Shown here piece by piece: positions 1 to 9,600 of a stretch of DNA of 20,000 bases. Origin of the DNA: Mesotaenium endlicherianum (lineage: Eukaryota); the NCBI GenBank assembly GCA_009602735.1, contig WELA01003305.1, positions 84,871 through 104,870 on the forward strand, read 5' to 3'. Numbering within the stretch: position 1 is the first letter of the stretch; each line of letters begins with the position of its first letter. The position numbers and the translations under genes are program-made. The notes under the pieces are model-generated. The model saw nothing but the letters and a program-made list of their open reading frames with translations, searched no databases and was not told the DNA's origin.

Positions 1-293
1 GGAAAAAACAAACTTTGTTATAGCATACTCCACCGTAACTTATTTAATGACGCCTCTTGAAGGTATTTGAAATTTTAAAAAAAATTGGCTTTCGAGAGCT
101 AAGGCTTTCTCCTTATATTTACAAGTCTTCTTGACTTGGTCAATTTTCCAATGAAGGACTTGCATCACGATCCTTTATGCATTTGCATGGAAATGAAGAT
201 TTTTTATTTATTTTTTGCAAGCCGTTTCCATCTTAAAATTTGCGCTAAGCTAGTCTGTCAGACATTCTCGGTCAAAGTGAGAATCGCGTCCAA

Positions 294-890
294 ATGATAG
301 AGGCAAATCATGATGATTTACATGGAATTGTCAAACGCTTTGTTACGGCAATGGAATCTTACCCAACTGTTGGTTCTTATTTACAGGCTGCCCGAGGAAT
401 GCCGGGTATATCAGGGACAGCCCGCGCCAACGCTCCGCCTCCACTCCCACCCGCCGTTCCTGGGCAAATCGCAGCACTAACACCGTCGTACAAGCCCTCG
501 CCGCCTGAAAAGTTTCAGGGTGGCCCTGGCAGCGACGTCCGACGTTTTCTGAAGGAATTCAATACGTTCTTTCAGTTGGCCAAAGTGGCCCCGGCTGACC
601 AGGCTATGATGGCCTCCACGTTCCTCAAGGGAGACGCTTCTCAGCTCTGGCATGGCCAAGATAGAAAACCCATGACTTTCGAGGAGTTTTTTGTGGAGTT
701 ACGTAATTCCTTTGGAAAGCACAACTCTTCCAAAGCAGCTCGAGACAAGTTACTCCTCTTCAAGCAGACCAGCACCATCGAAACCTATGTAAACAAGTTT
801 CGTATATTGGTGGGTCAGATAGTGGATGTTCCACTTGATGCGGAGATGCAAATCCACCTTTTTTGCCTGGGCCTCCAGCCAGAATACCAA
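294..890 (+). pseudogene. gag: Truncated Ty3/Gypsy-type retrotransposon gag (capsid / Retrotrans_gag domain), part of ORF 294..1001
   Basis: Translation has a Pro-rich linker, then PEKFQG...VRRFLKEF...ASTFLKGDASQLW...TFEEFFVELRNSF...ARDKLLLFKQTSTIETYVNKF...LFCLGLQPE, the typical Gypsy capsid pattern including the major-homology-like QxxxxxxYxxxF. Gag-like sequence stops at about 890. No zinc knuckle, protease, RT or integrase follows. Confidence 0.85.
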
Positions 891-1488
891 TGTAAAGTTT
901 CTGGCTTAAACAATCTTTTTCTGAGAATCTTTTCCTCAATATTCAAGAAAACTTTAATAACAGCGGTAGGAAAATATCTCTACTTGGAAGTACTTGTCTA
1001 ACTTTCGAGAAAGAATGGAGAGAGGAGAAGTAGTATTTGTGCTTATGAGAGTTGCACTCACAATGACTCTTGTGGGTATTTACACCCACACAACGTGAGG
1101 CATCGAGTGCTTCGAGTCACCACCTAGGGCATTTTCTTCTTCTCTGTCCCCTCCTTGTCATTGCATGATCTGGCAACCTCCTCTCACCATAAAGGGTGCC
1201 TCTCAAAGGTTTCGATTCAGCAGGGAGAGTCCTCTGCCGGGATTTTGTCTATGTACCTGTTTCTTGTGCCTTGCCTCCATCTGCCTGCAGTACTCCGGGA
1301 CGGCAGAGGTGTACTGGCATGCACCAGCTGTCCAGCAAGCACGTGGCTTCCTAGATTTGTTGCACGTGGGACAGGTGAACTCAGCTGCACGTGTCACGTA
1401 GCTGCTCTAGACATTGGCAAAGAATTAAGTTGTCCCTGAAACAGACCTCCTGGCGATTCCTAAGCTGCCACCTGTTCAGATATAATCA
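891..1488 (-). mobile_element. LTR-like segment in reverse orientation, abutting and truncating gag
   Basis: Abrupt junction at 891 (TGTAAAG...). On the minus strand there is a TATA-like TGTAAATA (~1078-1085), then a pyrimidine-rich stretch and ATTAAA, ending in ...CTTTACA. No second LTR copy or TSD found. Right boundary uncertain (1443 or 1488). Confidence 0.3.
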
Positions 1489-1688
1489 TGTTGGCAAGCC
1501 CCCTCCTCTCGCGGCAGCGGTTTTATCTGCGGAGAATGAAAAACGCTCACATGCGCACACATAAGCATGCATACACCTCCCTGCCTGCCTGCATTCCTCT
1601 GGACCTGCAGGAACTGGGCATGCAAGTGTGCATGCAGGCATGCATGCCAACGGTCTTGTCGTGGAGTGGCTGTGGGGGGGACTTTCAG

Positions 1689-1760
1689 GGAGCAGCAATG
1701 AGCTATGCGGAGCTGGGCCAGTTGGACAAGGCCGCCTCCTCCCTGGAGTCACTCCTCAAG
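1689..1760 (+). pseudogene. Isolated 72-nt exon encoding a TPR-like helix pair (GAAMSYAELGQLDKAASSLESLLK); gene fragment
   Basis: Bounded by tttcag| and AAG|gtaggt, phase 0/0, with GC-rich codons. The peptide fits the TPR pattern (A..Y..LG..D.A...L...L). Flanks look like the PAE introns (cctg/gtgc repeats). I found no partner exons in the window. Confidence 0.6.
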
Positions 1761-1766
1761 GTAGGT

Positions 1767-1870
1767 GCCTGCCTGCGTGCCCTCCGTGCGTGCCTGTGTG
1801 CCTACCTGTGTGCCCTCCATGCGTGTCTGCCTGCCCTTCATGCGTGCCTGCGTGCCCTCCGTGCGTGTCT
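1767..1870. repeat. Degenerate tandem repeat (gcgtgcctgcgtgccctcc-like)
   Basis: Repeated cctgcgtgccctccgtgcgtg / gtgccctccatgcgtg units are directly visible. Confidence 0.75.
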
Positions 1871-2141
1871 GTCGCCGTCTCAAGATGGCACAGCGCGCCC
1901 CTCCTCCTCCTCCTGGGCCCTCTGCCCCTCTCCCATGTGTTGGGCATAGCTCTTCACGTTGGTCCTCGTCTGCCCTTCCTCCTCCTCCCTCTCCTCGTCC
2001 CGCAACCTGAGAGCTTTGCCAGGCTGGCTCCACCGTCACATTTGGAATTCTATAACAGGAGCTAGCTGCTGCCTTCCTTACCCTACACCAACTTTGGCCC
2101 CCTCCCTCTTCTTTACGTGCTGTTGGCACAAGCAACCTCTT

Positions 2142-2930
2142 GCGCCAATTGAAACGGTCAAAAGGATGTGACCATTTTGAATGAATGCACGATATCACGC
2201 CATGTGGAGATTTTGAGACTTTCGACGAATCACGTCGAATCGTTTCGCGCCGAATCGGCGTAGTCACATCTATTCAAGTTTTTGAATAGACGTGATTGTT
2301 TGCAGTCACGTCTATGAGTTTCCTTGAATAGACGTGACCGGTCGCGGAGTCGCGATTAGTCGCGTACACGTCGTTTTGTCATGACCACGTAGTTTGTATT
2401 AACTACCTTGCCAATCGATTATTGGTGAACATTTCAAACGAGGAGTCGCGGGTTCGAATCCGTTTGGATGCAAAGTAACTTTGCACAACTAACTTGTTTG
2501 ACTTTTTGACTTCGTTCGGCTTTACGACTCGGCGTAAATCCGAAATCTATGACTTAGGCATTACCCAAAAATAATGATAATCATTTCAACTTAAGTAAAT
2601 TAGGTTATTATCTCATAATTAATCAAAGTACCTTATGATTAATTATGTCAAACTATTGCGAAGTAGTCGAATTACTTTACGACGCTTTTTGCAATAGCAT
2701 CTTGGTCGTTTCGCTAATCGACCATCAATTAGTCGGCACACACGCGTGGCGAATAATATGGATGCAATCATTTATCAACAATATATTGATATATTGCGTA
2801 ACATATTGTAGGTAATTAGGAAAATATTCCTAAATACGCCTAAAATAGCTCAAATCGTTACACACGTCACGTGGAGCGACTGAATGTGACCGAAAAGTGG
2901 GGGTTTGAATTGTACAAGTACAATTGGCGC
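2142..2930. mobile_element. Possible non-autonomous DNA transposon (MITE-like) with 10-bp inverted ends and internal hairpins
   Basis: gcgccaattg (2142-2151) and caattggcgc (2921-2930) are exact inverted copies. The interior is AT-rich and non-coding, with four consecutive hairpins at 2221-2338. No clean TSD. Confidence 0.3.
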
Positions 2931-3659
2931 GCAATCTAAGTACCTCAAGATTACCTTTTCGTTTGTATTGTTACAAAGCTGTAGAAAAAGTTGGCCTCGT
3001 TTTGGAATGCCAAACTTGAGGGCATAACCTAATCTATGTACATGGAATGAGTTTATTGTTCAACAGCAAGTGCGGTAGCACTGCCTACCCGGGAGTTAAC
3101 CACGTCTGTAGGACCTCGGCTAACCAAATCCACAGCCATCTCCCATCATCCCGAATCGCCATCCACCCAAGGGTGTCATTTGGCCACTCATGTAGCATAT
3201 CACACTTAGATGCATAGCTAGGCAGTTCATTGTTACCGAGTACAACAGTCTGCTGACTGTCAAAGAATGTGTCAGAAAGCTGATCTATAGTGGACTTCAG
3301 CCTGCTACTTTCTCTTGAGTCATTACACTGAATAATACTAAAAGGTCCAGCAAACTTAATACTATCTAAAGTTTAACAGACTGAATTTAATTAACTTTTA
3401 TATGCAAATGAATATCATACTACCATAATACTGATTCATTACAAAAAGCTATTGAACTTATCTTGGTTGACCTAGGTAAAAAACTAAGAAGTGGACCCAC
3501 AAAGTGGAAAAAAGTTCGGCCCACTCTAAGTATCCTGTTTCTAAATGTCATAAACAATAGCATTTCACACATCCCTTAGTGTAGCTTTTTCTCATTTTTA
3601 ATTTGGTCAGAATAGCAAAATTGTAGAAATTGCACAAAAAGTTTGGCATCAACGACAAG

Positions 3660-5110
3660 ATTTTGAAAGTCGTCGACGGTTCAAACAACGGAGTTTGTAT
3701 GATTGCTGGAAGTCAACTTTGTTTTTTTACCGTTCGTCCCGCGTGATAAGAAATCTCAATTGCGTGGCGTTTACCACGTGTGATGAGTTTAAATCAATAG
3801 GAATATTTTTTGTGTATATCCATTGTGGTCGTCAACCAGTATCAGCATGCAACTTTACTGATACAAAGATGGTTTGAATTCTCCAATGTGGATAGGTTTA
3901 TCCACTCTCACACGTCATGGACTATTTATATTACTATGTTGTCAAAGTTAATTTCACAAGGATAAACTACAATGATTAAAAGCAATTCAAGAAATAAAAT
4001 TGTTGTAAGATTCGGCAACCTCGTTCACGTTTGTGGGTAGTTGTAGTGAAATAGATAGAAAAAATACTGAGTAAAATGGAGCATTTTATCTATTCAAGAC
4101 AAGGATCTTTGATCACAAGTGGTAGCTTCTTGAAAGAGAGATGGTTTCTTGAAAGTTCAAACATTTCTCGAACTTGGCGAGTACAAGAGTGATTCTAGAA
4201 TCCTCTCTATGTTCTAGCTCTTTTGAATATACTTGCTACACAAGTAATTTTCAGGAAGGTGCATGTTGACGTGTTGGCACCCAACACATCCCAAAATTTG
4301 CCACCTCTTTTGAAAATAAAGTGCACTTGTCCTTTTGACCTAAAAATGTCATGTTTGATTTTTGCCACCTGGAGATCTTTTAGATCCTTCTTCTTATTTT
4401 GAAAATACCTTAGAAAGTTCAAAGGACATGAATCAAGTTCCTAGAGTATCTACTCACGCTTGAATTCACACAAAATTACTCTACAGATATTCAAAAGCAT
4501 CAAAATACGAGGACGAACTTATATATTCTAACTTATATCATTACAATAGTATATTATTGTCTAAGTTGCTTAAATTAAACGAGTTCATTGGTTCGTTATG
4601 ATAAAAGCATGCGGTCACAAAAGTTGTATTTTGTTGTTGCGGACTTAGACAAATTTATGAAGTGTTCAAAAATCTTTTACACTCTTTAACGATAACTTTT
4701 AACACGATTTAAGCATCTGCCTTGTGATAATAAATCGTAAACACGACAATTGTTGAAATTACTGATGGACTTCATGGAGTCAATTCAACTTATTCAAGCA
4801 TCTACGTAATGGTATATTTTTATCGTAGAGCAAATCAGCAACTTTCATTAGTTCACAATTCGTCGAGAATTGCAACAACACACAATGTCAATCTAAAAGT
4901 TGTTGCATGTTTGACCAAAATATCTCCTTACTGTACACAAATTTGCAATGTAAGGTTTTCTAGGTTTTTCAAGTTCACTAGTCCAAATCTATGACTTGAA
5001 ACAAAATTGACGATATGGCTGGCAATCATATAGTCCCATTTAGGAATTGTTGAAAGGGCCGCTACTTTCAACGTCAATTTGAGCATGTTTGAATATAAAG
5101 AAACCCGATT
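3660..5110 (+). pseudogene. Highly decayed hAT-superfamily transposase remnant
   Basis: Frameshifted fragments occur in the order expected for hAT: VVDGSN (~3669; cf. SDGW), an ASAC-like piece (~3840; cf. TDNA..), WIG..SHT.D (~3889-3925; cf. W.PC.AH.LDL), KLL*DSAT.F (~3997; cf. LLRP..TRF), GLRQIYEV (~4641) and W.WQSY (~5017; dimerisation domain). Recognised by eye, with many stops and indels. Confidence 0.4.
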
Positions 5111-5222
5111 TGCGATCTACTTCTAGGATTCTAAACCCAAAGAAAAGAAGTGTGGAAAGGGTCTTAGAGAATGTTGATGGCAGGGGTCCTAGAGCAATTT
5201 CTCAGCCACTTGTTTGTAAGAC

Positions 5223-5272
5223 GCTAGGATACTCATATTAGTGTGTGCTAGGATACTCATATTAGTGTGTGC
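5223..5272. repeat. Perfect 24-bp tandem duplication (gctaggatactcatattagtgtgt x2)
   Basis: Units at 5223-5246 and 5247-5270 are identical. Confidence 0.95.
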
Positions 5273-6380
5273 CGCATTGTGGCATACTGGGCTATGCTTA
5301 GGGTGTTGTGAAGCATACTCATATACCACCAATAGATTATTAGTGCACAGTGACCTTACTTAGGTGCTTGCACTTTCACTAAAGAGACAATGTCCTTAGC
5401 GAGCACTATACTGTAGAAGTGCTTCCATCTAGCTTCATAGAAGTTATCAAGTGGAGTTGAAAGCTGTTTTTACACGCCATGAAGGATTATCATTATCTTA
5501 ATATGTGTGTGTGGCAAGTCTGGGAGGGCTGACTCTTACGCTTAAGTTGGTGTGTAGGTGGACAAGCTGCCCGTGTGAATCGACAACGTGATGGACCTCG
5601 TCGGCAGATGAAAGCAGGGCTAGATCAAGTTTGAAGATCTGACGGTGTCCGACGGTGAGGCATCTGGTCGTTTGGGATTTGGTCCAAATCTAGTCGGTGA
5701 GTTGCGGTGAGTACTGGCAGACCTGTCTCGTACCACAAGCTGACCACAAGCACTTTTTAAGATCTGCTAAATCCAGACGTCTCGAATAAAGTCGGTCCAT
5801 TAAATTTGTAACCTCTCTGTGAAGGTTAGACGATGGCCCGTGTAGTATACTTCATTTTTCAGACACGAGCGGCAACGAGCTGCAACGGCTGCAGCCTGCA
5901 ACGAGCAGCAGCGAGACCAACGGACCGTTACCCTGAACGTAAACAGCAAAACGAGGAAAGCCCGCCCACTCTCCAGCTCCACTCTGGTGAACGGAACAAT
6001 ACATTGCTGTCATTTCCTAAAGCTACGGGCACCCACAATCTCCCTCTCGTGTGCATCACTTGAGCTTCTTTAATTGTGAACTGCCGACGATCTCCGTCAC
6101 AAGGGTTGCTGTTATGTCATATCTAGATTACGAGTACCCAAAAATCTTCCTTCAGCACGTCCCTGCACTTCCTTCATTCTGAAGGCTCGACGTTTCCTGA
6201 TAGCTGTTTTACTCATGCAGTCAGTCCTCCTGAACCACCATCACGTGAAGCTTCGTGGTAGTGGTACGTTGAGCTGGAATCAGCTGGATTTAAAGGCTGG
6301 TGTGACTTGTAGTTAGTTGTGATTCCGCTTAGGTCTTAAAAAGAGAGTGTTTTGTAAGGTTACCCCGGGGCAACGCTAGC

Positions 6381-6664
6381 ATGGGCTTTATGCGGGGTGC
6401 CTCAGCAGCACACTTCACAATTAGTTGGTACTTTCTTCTATTAGCACTCATTGTAGTGGCTGGGGAGGTGGAACTAAGTCTCAAAGAGTATAGTCCACTA
6501 TCATCCAGCTCAGTTGCTTCTGAGTACTTTCTAGATGACGAGCCGCGGACTATAATTCCGCCGATAAAGCACAAGTTGAGTAGGGAGTGGAAGCCTTTGA
6601 GTCTGGAGTCTTTGGAGATCCCGTTGATAAACAAGGAGGAAAAGAACGACCTCCGGTACACGAG
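6381..6664 (+). CDS. PAE: PAE exon 1 (ATG, hydrophobic signal/anchor segment, linker)
   Basis: MGFMRG...FTISWYFLLLALIVVAG...DLRYT. Strong donor AG|gtgagt at 6665, phase 2, joining exon 2 in frame. Assignment rests on the signal-like peptide and phase rather than on conserved motifs. Confidence 0.75.
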
Positions 6665-9600
6665 GTGAGTCTCGTGAAGACGCCCGGCTCCAGACTTGGT
6701 GTCGCAGATCTCGAGAGAGAAGTGGGTCGTGAAAAGTCACTGCAAAGAAGTGGCGGCTTGTAGTTCCTGTCAGTATATGACTCTGTTGCACAATGCAGTT
6801 CAAGGAACACCCTACCTCAAGCTGCTTTGGGCCAAATACTGCTTAGTATCTCAGAGCTTCAGGTGAAGTTTGGGCTGCCCAGCGTGATCAGATTTTGAGT
6901 TGATTGCTGGCATTCTTAGAGCTCATAGCTTACTCTCTAATTCTTCTGGTGCACTGAAGCTGCCTTGCATGATGAACATATTTTGTATGCATGGTGAGTT
7001 ACAACAACGCTAAGAGTGAGACACGTGAACTTATAACAGTAAGACATCCTCCTAGAGGTCCATCATCTCAACCGTTTATGGTGGAAGGGCTTGTGTTTTA
7101 AACGAAAAAGAGCAACTGGCTTACTAGTGAACAGAAACGAAGAAGCTGAGCGACTGGGTTACTAGTGAGAACTGAAACTAAGGGACTGTCCCACTTGTGA
7201 GCACAGTAGAGACGGGACTGGCTCGCTAGTACGTACAGAAACTAAGGGACTTACTTGTGAGTCAAAACAGAAGTTGAGAAATTGGCGTATCAATGAGAAT
7301 GGAAACTAAGGGACTGGTTTACTAGAATAGAGAAGGGACTGGCTCACCAGTACAACCAGAAACTAAGGGATCTGGTTATTAGTGGGAGCAAGGGACTGGC
7401 TCACTAGGGAGAACGTAGACTGAGGGGCTGGTTTACTCGCATGAAGACACACTGACTGACTTACTGGTGTGAATGGAACCTCAGGGACTGGCTTGCTGGT
7501 GCGTACAGAAACTCGGGGACTGGCTTTCTAGTGAGAACAGACATAAACGGACCGGCTTACTGGTGGTAAAAGAAACAAATGGAATTTCTTGCTAAGGGAC
7601 GGGCTTATATGTGAGAACAGACACCAAGGCATTGGCTCACTAGTGAGAAAAGAGGATCAAGAGAGTGGGGTTCTTGAAGGTACAATCACACGTAAGAACA
7701 GGAATGAACGGATTGGCTTACTTTGGGCTCCTAAAGCACTCTATATCGTGCACATTGGTATTTAGTTTCAGGGGTATGTAGATAGCATATCTATATTTTG
7801 CAGCATATTGTACTCGTGATATATTTAGCTTCAGAACCTTACTTTGGCCGAATAACACCTATCTACTCACTGTGATTATATACTAAGTATATACGTGTAT
7901 CTATTCATATATGTACATGTTTATTGCACTCACTGTGAGTACTTAATTTTTACATATACATGAGCTTATGATGTATATATGCACTGACATGTACATGTAC
8001 ATGCGTGCACATACATATACATGTGTAGGTACCACTTCTATTCAAATTTTTCTGCACTGACAGGTATATGTTTTTGTTCAAAAATTTCACAACTGAACGC
8101 ATAATGACACATGTAGAAATACGAATTAAATTTATGTTATGATTATCATATGATAGTATATGGTATTCTAATGTAACCCAACGAAGGACATCCCCATACC
8201 AGAATGGGAGGTGGCAGGAAGAGACGCAGCCAAGGCTAGAAAATCAGTCTGCATGTGCCGTTATGAAGCTCATTGTTTCACAATAAAGGGAAGAGGAGAA
8301 TTGTTACTTATGTGGAACAATAGCTACTACAATTCCGTTGTTATCTCTTTCCCAATCTTTTCGTCTCCCTTTTGCTGTTCCTGGTGCGTAAGTTTTCGAT
8401 TTACTCAAGGTACTGTAATTCGTGACTCATTTTAAATGGTTATATGTTATATATCTCTATAACTAAGAACTGCACGTTATCCTCGCTGTCTTGTATATAT
8501 GTCTATACATGTTATTGATGATGTTCTTTTTCATTTACCTCTTTTTTAAATATAAACACAGGACCTTGAAAGAAGAGGAGGCAGCTCTTGGCCCTCCCCC
8601 GTCCAATGAGACTCTTCCGGAGGAAGCTTCTGACGAGTACGCCGTAGCATTGGGCGCAATCGCTGAGAAGGCGCCACATGTCACGCCGCGGACGGCGCGG
8701 AGATACCCCCGCAGCTACCTGGTGAAGCTGAATCGGGTGCATGCTCTCCAAAAGGGCGCTGGTAGGAGTGTCACTGCTGATCTTCTGACTACCACCTGCG
8801 GCTATATGTCTAATAACATGTGTACTTATTTTCAAAGTTTATACTGTAATGTACTAGTTATATCTCTTTTTATATATACGAGTAGGTGCACATGTGTGTG
8901 TATGTGTCTTCGTTTTTTTTTGTTTTTTGGACCAAAGGGCTCATGGCTTAAGTCACATCAAGTTTTTGGTGCTATGTAATGCGTACTCTCCTGTGTCACC
9001 TGTGTCTGCATGTTTCATCATATTTCCTCATGTTTTAGCAATACCTGTTTGATATAAGGATAGGATGAGTACACAGGTACACGTGGGATTGCGGAATCCA
9101 TTTAAAAAGCGACCCCCTCCTTCATCATGTATAAAGAGGAAGAGAGGCTCCGCGAGAGAGTGTGTGTGGGGGGGGGGGACGTACACGGCGCTCTATGACA
9201 ACACTCGTGGATTGCGTGTGCTCAGTCGCACGATTGCAGCTGGTATCGTCTTGCTCATCTCTGGACTTCAGCGCGCCCTTCGCGGGTGCTGTGCACGCCT
9301 GCGCCTGAGCTTACGCCTGCGCCTGCGCGTGCATGTACTCCACCTCACTTCCTTCTATTCTCTATTTTTCCTACTAAAACACATCTCTAAATTGGTTTTT
9401 GTTTTCATTTTTGCTTCCGATCACTTGTGGATGCAGTGTGTCTCGACGGCACCCCAGCCGCCTACTACTTCCGGAAGGGCTATGGCTCTGGCGCTGCCAA
9501 CTGGCTCTTCTACTTTCAGGTACGAAAAGGGGGGGGNAGCCGGGGGGAGGAGGGGCAGGATTGTTGGTTACTGAGTGGGGTGTGAGATCCACGCTGATGC

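Noticed and set aside
84..100. Primer-binding site upstream of gag (aattggctttcgagagc)
   Set aside because: Only a loose resemblance to TGGTATCAGAGC, and no recognisable LTR CA end immediately before it.
891..1001. C-terminal part of the gag ORF (CKVSGLNNLF...)
   Set aside because: Read-through into unrelated AT-rich sequence after the junction; no nucleocapsid motif.
2420..2490. tRNA gene
   Set aside because: Only the B-box/T-loop motif is present; no acceptor, D or anticodon stems can be formed.
5170..5800. Solo LTR upstream of the PAE gene
   Set aside because: TG starts and a purine-rich tract are present, but I found no matching end, TSD or second copy.
7110..7722. CRISPR-like array (conserved core with variable intervening sequence)
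   Set aside because: The variable parts are homologous to each other, the period is only ~32 nt, no cas genes are present and the context is a eukaryotic intron. It is a minisatellite.
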